DNA of 64,000 nt, taken from contig NC_042998.1 of the NCBI RefSeq assembly GCF_006345805.1, forward strand, positions 181,164,001 through 181,228,000. The letters run 5' to 3'. Source of the stretch: Octopus sinensis. Its lineage: Eukaryota. Below are positions 14,269 through 25,980 of the stretch, one piece after another. The notes below the pieces were generated by a model. It was not told the DNA's origin. It was given only the letters and a program-made list of their open reading frames with translations, and ran no database searches. Each line of letters opens with the position of its first letter. Position 1 is the first letter of the stretch. The translations under genes and the position numbers were made by a program.

Positions 14269-14848
14269 AAGGCGGCGAGCTGACAGAATCGTTAGCACGC
14301 CGGGCGAAATGCTTAGCGGTATTTCGTCTGTCGCTACGTTCTGAGTTCAAATTACGCCGAGGTCGAATTTGCCTTTCATCTTTTCGGGGTCGATTAAATA
14401 AGCACCAGTTACGCACTGGGGTCGATATAATCGACTTAATCCGTTTGCCTGTCCTTGTTTGTCCTCACTGTGTTTAGCCCCATGTGGGTAATAAAGAAAT
14501 AGGTATTTCGTCTGCCGCTTCGTTCTGAGTTCAAATTCCGCCGAGGTTGACATTGCCTTTCATCTTTTCGGGGTCGATTAAATAAGTACAAGTTACGCAC
14601 TGAGGTCGGTGTTTGTCCTCTCTGTGTTTAGCCCCTTGTGGGTAGTAAAGAAATAGGTATTTCGTCTGCCGCTACGTTCTGAGTTCAAACTCCGCCAGGT
14701 CGACTTTGCCTTTCATCTTTTCGGGGTCGATTAAATAAGCACCAGTTACGCACTGGGGTCGATATAATCGACTTAATCCGTTTGTCTGTCCTTGTTTGTC
14801 CTCTCTGTGTTTAGCCCCTTGTGGGCAATAAAGAAATAAGAAATATAT
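14269..14848 (+). mobile_element. SINE family B head-to-tail trimer
   Basis: One headed unit plus two units restarting at GGTATTTCGTCTGCC directly after the tail AAAGAAATA. Confidence 0.85.
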
Positions 14849-15062
14849 ATTCTCTTTTACGCTTTTACTTGTTTCAGTCATTTGACTGCGGCCATGCTGG
14901 AGCACCGCCTTTAGTCGAGCAAATCGACACCAGGACTTATTCTTTGTAAGCCTAGTACTTATTCTATCGGTCTCTTTTACCGAACCGCTAACTTACGGGG
15001 ACGTAAACACACCAGCATCGGTTGTCAAGCGATGTTGTGCGGGAACAAACACAGACACACAA

Positions 15063-15125
<63 letters not shown>

Positions 15126-15165
15126 CGACGGGCTTCTTTCAGTTTCCGTCTACCAAATCCACTCC
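14849..15165 (-). mobile_element. SINE family A copy (5'-truncated)
   Basis: Reverse complement of 1480-1760. Confidence 0.85.
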
Positions 15166-15198
15166 AACAATGATGGATAAAAGTCCTCTATATGTGTA

Positions 15199-15617
15199 TT
15201 AAGGCAACCATTGGTTTCATGTTAAGAAAATATCTTAATATATTTTCCAAGCTCATCACATGGACGAATGGTGTTCATCTTCATTTTGGATTAAAACGCA
15301 AAAATCCACGGGAATTCGCGATAAATTTATGATGAACTCTCTCATCACACAAAGATACAGATATCACACACACCCAGAGTATAATATGATGCAAGGGAAA
15401 ATATCGTCCAGCACAATATATTTCCAAATATCAAACCCAAGGGAGATAATCACCCAAAAGGTGTGACCCAAGAGTCGCACTCCTACCATTGATTTCTTGC
15501 TTTGTTCGCAAGACCTAATCCCGTGATTTTTCGTGTTTTAAGATATTATAATTTATTAAGCTTATTTGCATAAGATATTAAGCTATTTTCTTAATATGAA
15601 ACCATTGGTAACCTTAA
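15199..15617. mobile_element. MITE with about 34-bp imperfect TIRs and TA flanks (Tc1/mariner-like signature)
   Basis: TTAAGGCAACCATTGGTTTCATGTTAAGAAAATA vs reverse complement of 15584-15617 (30/34); TA at 15197-98 and 15618-19. Confidence 0.55.
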
Positions 15618-15626
15618 TAAATAGAG

Positions 15627-15660
<34 letters not shown>

Positions 15661-15663
15661 TAT

Positions 15664-15720
<57 letters not shown>

Positions 15721-15762
15721 CGGAAGTGTAGATTTTCCAAAATTCTACATACATTCATATAC

Positions 15763-15818
<56 letters not shown>

Positions 15819-16002
15819 TGTGTGTGTGTGTGCGCGCGCGTGTGTGTGTGTGTGTGTGTGGTGTGTGTGTGTGTGTGTGTGTGTACTTACATATATCTAT
15901 ATATAACGGGAAGCTTTATGAAAATAAACAAAAGACGAAGGCAGGTGGAAAACAACGAACAATTGTATTAGTATGGCGCTCAGGAAATATAAATAAAACA
16001 AG

Positions 16003-16040
16003 TCTTTAACGTTTCGAGCCTACGCTCTTCAACAGAAAGA
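16003..16040 (-). ncRNA. Minimal type-I hammerhead ribozyme motif (A6->U core variant)
   Basis: Minus strand: UCUUU-CUGUUGA-A-GAGC(GUAG)GCUC-GAAA-CG-U-U-AAAGA; helix I 5 bp, helix II 4 bp, palindromic ACGU helix III. Confidence 0.7.
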
Positions 16041-16290
16041 TACACAGAGAGAGAAAAACACAGAAAGAAGGAGAGAAAAAAAATGCGTGCAGTAGCTAAC
16101 GAATCAACATGGCGATCTGATTTCGGCCAGAGGTCAAAGATCAAACATGAGACGCGAGAGCGAAATAAGGGGAGATAATAGGGTTGATAAACGGGTTGAG
16201 GGACCAGCTAAAAGTGCGTGGGAGGGGTCTGGATGTGTGTATGTATAGGGTTGGTGTATGTATTAGTATGTATAAGGGTGTGTGTGTGTG

Positions 16291-16334
<44 letters not shown>

Positions 16335-16449
16335 ACATATATCTATATATAACGGGAAGCTTTATGAAAATAAACAAAAGACGAAGGCAGGTGGAAAACA
16401 AACGAACAATTGTATTAGTATGGCGCTCAGGAAATATAAATAAAACAAG

Positions 16450-16487
16450 TCTTTAACGTTTCGAGCCTACGCTCTTCAACAGAAAGA
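16450..16487 (-). ncRNA. Minimal type-I hammerhead ribozyme motif (second tandem copy)
   Basis: Identical to 16003-16040. Confidence 0.7.
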
Positions 16488-17269
16488 TACACAGAGAGAG
16501 AAAAACACAGAAAGAAGGAGAGAAAAAAAATGCGTGCAGTAGCTAACGAATCAACATGGCGATCTGATTTCGGCCAGAGGTCAAAGATCAAACATGAGAC
16601 GCGAGAGCGAAATAAGGGGAGATAATAGGGTTGATAAACGGGTTGAGGGACCAGCTAAAAGTGCGTGGGAGGGGTCTGGATGTGTGTATGTATAGGGTTG
16701 GTGTATGTATTAGTATGTATAAGGGTGTGTGTGTGTGTGTGTGTGTGTATGAGAGAGTATTAGTGCGTAGGATTGGTCTGGACGTGCGTATGTATGGGGT
16801 TGGTGTATGTATTAGTATGTATTAGTATGTATTAGTACGTATTGGTATTTAAAGGTGTGTGTGTGTGTGAGAGAGTATAAGTGCGTATACGGGGTCTGGA
16901 AGGGTGTATGTATAGGGTTGGTGTAAGTATTAGTATGTACTAGTATGTATTAGTACGTATTAGTATGTATTAGTTGGTGTGTGTATTAGTATGGCACATC
17001 ATATGTGATGTGATGTGTAAAGTCATGTGGTGTAGTGAGGAGAAGAGGGGGAGGGGGAGAAGAGGGGGAGAGAAGGGGAGGGGAAGAAGAGGGGGAGGAG
17101 AAGGGGGAAGAGGAGAGGATGGGGAGAAGGAAGGGGAGAGAGGGAGCAGAGGGAAGGGAAGAGGGAGGGAGAAAGAGGGAAGAAGGGAAGGGGAGTAGGG
17201 GTGAAAGGATGAAGGACTGAAGAAGTAGGGGTCGGGGGGAGAAAGGATAGGTGAGGAGGGGGGAGGGGG

Positions 17270-17575
17270 TTAGATGAGGAGGGGGGGAGAGTTGAGACCA
17301 AATGGCGTATAAGAGCGAAGAGAGAAGATTAATTCCTGTTCACGGCGCAAACGGGAATCCGGATGGCCTCTGTGTAAGGACAAACCGAACACAGATAGGT
17401 GTTGCAAGGAGTGACCGGTGGAGCGGAAATGGCGTGAGACCGGTGTGTCGTTCGCAAGGTGGATGTCACGAAGGTGTTCCGCGAACCGGTCAGCCAAGCG
17501 GCGTCCCGTTTGTCCGATGTACAAGGAATTGCAGAGAGAGCAAGAGATGCAATAGATAATATTGCTGGAGGTGCA
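17270..17575 (-). pseudogene. PLE GIY-YIG endonuclease domain (open frame, no RT upstream)
   Basis: CTSSNIIYCISCSLCNSLYIGQTGRRLADRFAEHLRDI...RREQELIFSLRSYTPFGLN*, typical PLE GIY-YIG with CxxC; frame open to a stop at 17594-96. Confidence 0.9.
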
Positions 17576-18047
17576 GATACATATACAAGGTGCTTAGTAT
17601 ACATCAATAATCGCAAAACAACACAGGAGATACATATTTAAAATATTAAAATGGATAGATTTTGATTAATTTCTTTATGGAGGCTAGAATTGCTTTGCAG
17701 ACTATTCTGCAACGAAATTTTGTCTTTTTAACTTGACCACGCTGTACGCACGTCAACAAACCTACCTCTTGCTGTTTTAATGTAAGACCGAACTGTGCCT
17801 TTGAGGCTGTGAAATCAGATTTAGTTTTCGCAGCTAACCATGTGAAAGAACGCTAAAACCCCATGCTTCCTATAATCCAGTGACATCACTCACAGTCCAA
17901 TGTACTTTCACTCAAGTCGTTGAGGAGAATTTTCACCCGATACTATTCCACGACAGGAGGTCTTTCCACGCCTGAATGTACTTGAACGGGTTAAATCTGA
18001 TTTCACCGAAAATATTTTACTCAACTCTACTTCATGCACCTTATGTT

Positions 18048-18079
<32 letters not shown>

Positions 18080-18087
18080 TATATATA

Positions 18088-18129
<42 letters not shown>

Positions 18130-18178
18130 AATATTAAATTTCTAAATATCTCATAGAGATATGTACGGTGGTGGGGCG

Positions 18179-18385
18179 ATAGAATGGTTGTATACTGTCA
18201 ATTTAACGTGACAGTAAGGGATTACACCACCGCTGTTTAGCCCTAGGAAGCATCGACGCCTCCTGATGGCTTCGACAAAAAAAAAATGTGTCGAAGCCAT
18301 CAGGAGGCGTCGATGCTTCCTAGGGCTAAACAGCGGTGGTGTAATCCCCTACTGTCACGTTGAATTGACAGTATACAACCATTCT

Positions 18386-18387
<2 letters not shown>
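18179..18387. repeat. Near-perfect hairpin, 99-bp arms (2 mismatches), 11-nt loop
   Basis: 18179-18277 vs 18289-18387. Confidence 0.9.
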
Positions 18388-18429
<42 letters not shown>

Positions 18430-18449
<20 letters not shown>

Positions 18450-18660
18450 AGTTAATCCAAACATGAAAACGCAAAGAGAAAACACAACAACGTGAAGACG
18501 CGGAACAAGTATAGTATTATTGGACACTCAGGAAAGAAGGAAAGAAGGAGGGTTTAACGTTTCGAGCGGAGCTCTTCGTCAGAAACATAGGAAAAGAAAA
18601 GATCCAAAGAAGGAAAGACGGAGGAAAAAAATCGTTAACGGTACTCATGAGGTCACATTT
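18430..18660 (-). mobile_element. PLE-type terminal repeat, family 2
   Basis: Same layout as family 1 pLTR (pyrimidine-rich flank, HHR, ...GTCTTCACG...) but divergent sequence. Confidence 0.55.
18552..18586 (-). ncRNA. Minimal type-I hammerhead ribozyme motif with canonical core
   Basis: GUUU-CUGACGA-A-GAGC(UCC)GCUC-GAAA-CG-U-U-AAAC. Confidence 0.8.
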
Positions 18661-18713
18661 TTAATGACCGGAAGTATGTGTATATATGTATGTATGTGTA
18701 AATATATATATGA

Positions 18714-18744
<31 letters not shown>

Positions 18745-18913
18745 AACATATATATATATGTGTATGTATACACACACAGCAACACACACTCACACACACA
18801 CACGCACGCACACGTACACTCACATATATATATAAGCAATATTAAATCTCTGAGCGAGATGTAAACATTAGAGGCACGGAATTGTGAAGCATATTTGCCA
18901 ACTAAATGTGGCA

Positions 18914-19093
18914 GTCCCATAGAGGACGATCCTACTGTTATTTTTTACCCCAGGAGGACATTTCCTCCAGCTGGCTAACGTCATACTCTCTGCGAAGGGA
19001 AATCATCGTTCCCATCTCTAGCCTTACGTTAGCCAGCTGGAGGAGATGTCCTCCTGGGACTATAAACAACAGTAGCGTCGTCCTCTATGGGAC
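18914..19093. repeat. Imperfect hairpin (about 68-bp arms) joined to a SINE-A-like 3' half (19094-19275)
   Basis: GTCCCATAGAGGACGA...CTGGCTAACGT vs ACGTTAGCCAG...TCGTCCTCTATGGGAC; downstream ends in CTGAAACAAGTAAAAGATAAGA. Confidence 0.8.
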
Positions 19094-19835
19094 TCGGCAA
19101 ATGGAAACTCTGTGGAATCCTCTCACATACATATGTGTTTGTTTATGTATACACACTTGTGACTTTTTTCTTTGTCCCCACCAACACTTGGCAAGCCTAA
19201 ACCCTTGAAGACAGTGCTTTGAATGGCTTCTGTTCAATTACTGAAACAAGTAAAAGATAAGAAGACAAAAGATAAGATCCTAACTATAAACTGTAAAAGT
19301 TAATTACGAATCGTTGGTCAAAACAAAATTGCCTACCATACCAGCTATAACCTGGATATAGCTATAGCTATAACTTAAAAATAAAAATTTTCACGAGAGA
19401 ATTAGAAATGTCACAAAAAAATTACTGTTCTGAAAGAGAAAAAAAAGAGCCACTTGTAAAAACAAAATATTATTTTATATAATGATGCCGAATAAAATAT
19501 ATGAATTATGAATTCTCACAGGAAAATTTTCGCTGGTGAATTTGCTGGCACAGATGGTTGTTGTGATGTTAGTGGGGACGAACGGCCTCAAAATGTCTAC
19601 GACAATACAAAAAGCAAAATAATCTAGCAGTGGCATGTTGGAAGTGAGAGTGAGAGGTGACTTATTTTACTGAGTCATGACGAAAGCCACTCGATTTGAA
19701 TTCGTAATTGCGTAAGGGTAAATATTTGGTCAAAACATCACGAGCATTAGTGTGACAAACGCACACACGCACACTCACACACACATACACAGGCACACAC
19801 GCACACATGCATATATACATATATATATATATATG

Positions 19836-19880
<45 letters not shown>

Positions 19881-20076
19881 TGAGAGAGAGAGAGAGAGAG
19901 AAATGCTTTGTCATTATTGGTATTGAAGTCGGCTTTGCTCTTTCATCCTTTCGGGGTCGATGAAATAAGTACTAGTTGCTGGCATTGTGGTGGTGGTGGT
20001 GGTGTTGGTAGTAGTAGTAGTAGTTGGAGTAGTAGTATTAGATGCGGCAGCAGAAACAGCAGCAGCAGCAGCAGCG

Positions 20077-20111
<35 letters not shown>

Positions 20112-20118
20112 GATGGTG

Positions 20119-20164
<46 letters not shown>

Positions 20165-20448
20165 CTGACTACATGTATTTCCACTGAATGATAATGATAT
20201 TTGAAAGCTGTTCGGCTTCAGAAGCAAGTAGAAAAAATTGCAAATAAGCAGACAAACTGACCACAGAATTTTTTTTTCTGCGAGAGTTTACTCTCCTCTC
20301 TTAACCTTTTCCTTTTATCTGTTGCACACAACACAGACAATATAGCTACCCAAATTTGATAGTACTGCAACACTCTGAATTGAATTCAATACAAGAAAGC
20401 AAAGAAACACTCATAATTTTCCTACATTACTACTACTACTACTACTAC

Positions 20449-20514
<66 letters not shown>

Positions 20515-20736
20515 TAATAATACATATAATGGTGAATGCAAAAATCGTCCATTGTCAACTATCTTTTACGACAAACACAAAGCTGTGACTAAAATAGGAT
20601 TTGGACTATAAAATTCTTACCTCACCATACAGTGACGCTTTTCTTTTTCAATATGCATGTGCGTGTTTACATGCAGAAGGCATACACAAACACATATAGA
20701 CACACACACACATATATATATATATTATATATATAT

Positions 20737-20770
<34 letters not shown>

Positions 20771-20840
20771 CATATACATACATATATAACCATATGAAGT
20801 TCATAAGATAATCGTTTATTCCTTTGTCATGCCATCCACT

Positions 20841-20924
<84 letters not shown>

Positions 20925-20949
20925 ATATATAGACATATATATATATATA

Positions 20950-20999
<50 letters not shown>

Positions 21000-21577
21000 A
21001 CATGCATACATATTTGTATATACATATATACATACACACACGCACGATCGCACACATACACACACATACACACACATGCACATTTATAAAACAGGCAACG
21101 TTTCGCATATTGAATCCCCGAAGATCAGCAAATTCTTCCTTTCTTTTCAAGTCTCCGTATTTCGAATTATAAGCATCCCGTGATTTTTACGTCCAGGCAA
21201 ATTAGCTGAGTGGATAGAATTCCATTATCCACATATATAAGACATCATTTCGGATTGATGAACACATTTCTTTGTATATTCACGATACCTGGCAATCGTG
21301 AATAAATACGAGATGTTCTAAAAATGTCAGCTCAGGTTAGATGAAAGTATTAGAGCAGAGCTTTCACACTTTTACTTAAAAGCCATAAAACGGACCTAGA
21401 CATTGGTTAATAAGTACTATAGAGACGATAATCTCGTTATTATAAAGTAGAAAAAGTAACATTCCTATTGAAATATTCTTTAAAATAGATGAATACCGCA
21501 ACCTTCTCTTCATCACATTTATAATCTTATATTTGTGCGTTTGATACTGGAAATATATAAAACATTATTTAAACAAG

Positions 21578-21799
21578 CGCAGGCGTGGCTGTATGGTAAG
21601 AAGCTTGCTTTCCGACAACGTTGTTTGGGGTTCGGTTCCACTACCTGGCACTTTAGACAAGTGTCTTTTACCATAGCCTCAGGCCGACCAAATCCTTGTG
21701 AGTGGATTTGGTAGATGCAAACTGAAAGAAGCCCGTCGTATATATGTATATATGTGTGAGAGAAAGAGTGAGTGTGTATGCATGTGTGTGTGAGAAAGA

Positions 21800-21846
<47 letters not shown>

Positions 21847-22130
21847 TGTGCTTGTGTGTGTGAAAGAGAGAGAGAGAGAGAAATAGTGTGTGTGTGTTTG
21901 TCGCTCCACCTTCGGTTGACAACCGATGTTAGCGTGTTTATGTCCCTGTAACATACATAGTTCGTCACATACATGGTTCGTCACAAAAAAGACCAATTGA
22001 ATAAATGCCAGGTTTAACAAAATAATAAGTACTGAGGTCAATGCATTCGACTAAAAAATCCTTCAAGGGTGTGCCTCAGCATGGCCGCAGTCTAATGATT
22101 AAACGAGTAAAAGACAAACGATAAAAGATA
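21578..22130 (+). mobile_element. SINE family A, full length with expanded internal microsatellite
   Basis: GCAGGCGTGGCTGTATGGTAAG head through CAGCATGGCCGCAGTC tail. Confidence 0.85.
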
Positions 22131-22520
22131 TGGCAAATTACAAGTGAATGTGCAATGTATAAATGGGTACTGAAGAGATATAGTGAGAAGCGAGGACGGA
22201 GAAAGAATGAACGAATGAAAATTTAAAAAAATTAGAAGTAAGAATATATCTCCTCAGAATGAATGTGAAATAAAAACCTAAAGCAATAAGAGAAAGCAGG
22301 AGATGATGGTTAATACTTTATAGTTTTAATTAAAACTGACTGGCATATGTACAATGTTTTCGATCTGATATAAACAGCAGCTATCTGTATGTTATTTATG
22401 TGAAATGAAGTTATAGCTGTGAATAGAATTGCGTATATGTACAAACATACATGTTTGTACATATGCTCACGCGCGCATAATATAATGCAGATGGACAGAC
22501 AGGTAGACACACAGACAGAC

Positions 22521-22843
22521 GGCCCAGTGGTTAGGGCAGCGGACTCGCGGTCGTAGGATCGCAGACTGGGTGTTGTGAGTGTTTATTGAGCGAAAACACC
22601 TAAAGCCCCACAAGGCTCCGGCAGGCGATGGTGGCGAACCCTGCTGTACTCTTTCACCAAAACTTTCTCTCACTCTATCTTCCTATTTCTGTTTTATACC
22701 TGTTTTTCAAAGGGTCAGCCTTGTCAGAGACTCTGTGTCACACTGAATCTACCCCCCGAGAACTACGTTAAGGGTATACGTGTATGTGGAGCGCTCAGCC
22801 ACTTGCACGTTAATTTCACAAGTAGGCTGTTCCCTCGATCGGA
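22521..22843 (+). mobile_element. tRNA-derived SINE family C
   Basis: GGCCCAGTGGTTAGGGCAGCGGACTCGCGGTCG head; the same family occurs at 44737-44895. Confidence 0.8.
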
Positions 22844-23066
22844 CAGACAGACAGACAGGCAGGTAAATAGAGAGATAGATATGCACATTCTGAGAGAGCT
22901 CTGCAGATGATAATGTTAAAATTTGTGTATGTTAGTAAGTTTATAAAACTACATATTTTCATGATTTTTGTCATTAAAAACATTTTCAATATTTTCTTTA
23001 TACTGGAAAACCGGCTTGTTTTTTGTTATGCAATTGTCATTGGCTTGTTTAAATAATCATATATAT

Positions 23067-23136
<70 letters not shown>

Positions 23137-23141
<5 letters not shown>

Positions 23142-23295
23142 GTAAATGTATATGTGACAATTATTCGATAGCCATAAAACTCCTAGTTTCGGATACCGAA
23201 GTGGAAATCCACGGCGGCGTGGATTTCCACCTCGGCATCCGAAACTAGGAGTTTTATGGCTACCGAATAATTGTCACATATTACATTTACAGATA
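23137..23295. repeat. Hairpin, about 77-bp arms, 4-nt loop (GCGG)
   Basis: TATCTGTAAATGTA-TATGTGACAA...GGAAATCCACG / CGTGGATTTCC...TTGTCACATATTACATTTACAGATA. Confidence 0.9.
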
Positions 23296-23359
23296 ACTGT
23301 CTCTATTTACATAATATCGCGGTCTCTTTCATTCTTTTGTTGTCTTACCATTTTTATCA

Positions 23360-23408
<49 letters not shown>

Positions 23409-23433
23409 ATCTATCTATATATATTTGTATGTA

Positions 23434-23483
<50 letters not shown>

Positions 23484-24511
23484 CAGATTTGTACACATAC
23501 GTAAACAGATGTAGTTTGGGAAAAGCACAGAAACGCGACTTACCGTTTGAAGTCTGTAAATAAACATTCATTCGTTTTCGAACAGTTTAATTCACTTATC
23601 AAATTTTAATCATTATCAAACATTTGAGATTGTGACAGCCAAAACACAGAGTCGCTGATCAAGATCAATATTCACATTACGATGGCTAATTAGTGACAAC
23701 AATCAATAATTCAATCCCCGTTTGGGTGATAGCAATCGAATTGTTTTTCTAGTAAAAAGGTTATCTGCTCTGCAAATAATGATCAAGATCATTCCAATGT
23801 AGATAAATCTATGAATACTGATACTGATGACGAAGAATTTACTGTGTGCTGAAGAATCGATAGCAATTTGCTATATGTTTGTAAATTTCATTGGCTTTAA
23901 TAAGAACACGACCATCTTTCTGATAGTAGTTTAGTAAAATAAATTAGGGTGGGGTTGGCGAGGGTGGTGATGGGTGGTGGAACGTTGTTTGTGATAGCAA
24001 TTTCATCAGCATTCTATTTATATTGTATGCTTTACAAATTCTTTTTTTAGTTCCTCTTCTTTCTTATTTTTCTCCTCTTTCAGTTTGCTCCCACCGATAT
24101 CATTGTTTTCGTTCATGTTGATGTTTTTCTCTTTTTAATCTTGGGAATAATGTTCAGCCATAATTTCATTGACTTGTCATCCAAACCAGTTATGATTAGT
24201 TTTTTTTCCGTTCCTTTTTTCTTCTTTTTTTACTTTATCGTTTTACTTTTCCAGTTTTATAGTTTTCCCGGTGTTTTTCTTCTCCCCAACCACAAAAGCT
24301 ATATATATACATATATATATAAGGGGAAAAGAAAAAGAATTTGGCGTCCATGTTATGCTTGTATAATCACTAATAAATGGATTGAGAAAATGGAAAGGAC
24401 AGTGTTCCATTCAATAATAGAGTGAAATAATCCAAATATTACATGATACAATACTTCTAACGAAATTACTGTCATAGAAGAAAGAAAATAATAATAATAA
24501 TAATAATAATA

Positions 24512-24644
<133 letters not shown>

Positions 24645-25072
24645 CATAATAATAATAATAATAATAATAATACCAGCGACAACAACAGCAAACCAGTAGT
24701 TACTGGCATGAAAAACGTGCAATTTTTTCGCTTTATTTCTCATTTTACATTTTGTTTTTTATCAAAGAAGCCAGCAAATTCGAGGTACTAAAATATTTAT
24801 ACGGTAATATTTTTAAAGTAAATGACTAAATTAAATTCTATTTTGATATTAGTTTGTTATAAAAATGTATATAACTCAATTTAAAACAGTTTAGTGTGAG
24901 ATATAAAAAGGACGATATATTTAGCAGAGATACAAAGGCAATCTGGAACAGACATGGGACGTATTTAAAGTTACGTATTGTTCACAAACTGTTTCTTTTT
25001 TCAACAATTTTAATGCTTCATTTTTTCATTTTTGTTTAAAATTCCATTGTTATTCTGTTGTCTATAAATACG

Positions 25073-25134
<62 letters not shown>

Positions 25135-25502
25135 TTCGACCTTTTCTTGAAATATGGAAAATAGGTCTTCTGTTCAGAATTATGGCTGGTAGCTGATTTA
25201 ATTTAAACTTTGCCTACCTTAGTGTTCTGATTTGTCTTTTAAAAATAACCAAATAATTGGAAATTCTGAGTTACTGACTATCATCTTTTTTTTTTCCACT
25301 CGATAAAAAAATAAATGAATTATTCAGGAACTTAATTATGAACTTGCTGGCTCGCACTCTTCTTCGAAGTAACGCGTCACAACAGAAAAATATATGTGAT
25401 ACTCCATAATAAAATATTATATATTTCTAGTTACAAGTATCACTAAAAGTCGCATGCGCGTACATAGACTCTCTCTCTCTCCACACACACACACACACAC
25501 TG

Positions 25503-25632
25503 AGTGGACTGGAGCAACGTGAAATGAAGTGTTTTGCTCAAGAACACAACGCGTCGCCCGGTCCAGGAGTCGAAACCACAATCTTACGATCGTAATGCTG
25601 ACACCCCTAACCACTAAACCACGAGCTTCCAC
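25503..25632 (-). mobile_element. tRNA-derived SINE family D, 5' part
   Basis: Minus-strand head GTGGTTTAGTGGTTAGGGGTGTCAG...GTTTCGACTCC; homologous to 63701-64000. Confidence 0.75.
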
Positions 25633-25905
25633 ACACACGCACGAATATTTACGCATATATGTAAATCAATTATATTTTGGAAGAGTTATTTTCAAATTAT
25701 ACAAAAGCTGATATATTTATTTCGCATGTATTTCTTAACTATTGTAATAGTGATATAATTTTTAATATTTCTTTTTAAGCCTTTGAATTTCTCTTTCTCG
25801 TTTTTGTTTGTTTTTTTTTCGTCCTTTTTGTTAATAATTTAAATTAATTCAACTTGTCAAGCAATGGTGAAGCATACACAAGCACAAGGACACACATACA
25901 CACAC

Positions 25906-25950
<45 letters not shown>

Positions 25951-25980
25951 TTGAGTTGTGGGGTATCGCACGAGTGGGAT

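Larger units (their letters stand above)
15885..17593 (-). mobile_element. 5'-truncated Penelope-like element: GIY-YIG tail, low-complexity linker, tandem pLTRs
   Basis: Endonuclease ORF 17270-17575, purine/GT-rich linker, two near-identical repeats offset by 447 bp. Confidence 0.9.

Noticed and set aside
23753-23852. Possible terminal exon KKVICSANNDQDHSNVDKSMNTDTDDEEFTVC*
   Set aside because: Plausible acceptor but no homology or partner exon; unsupported.
24130-24205. Minus-strand peptide IITGLDDKSMKLW resembling a WD40 repeat
   Set aside because: No splice acceptor (A-rich upstream) and no further repeats.
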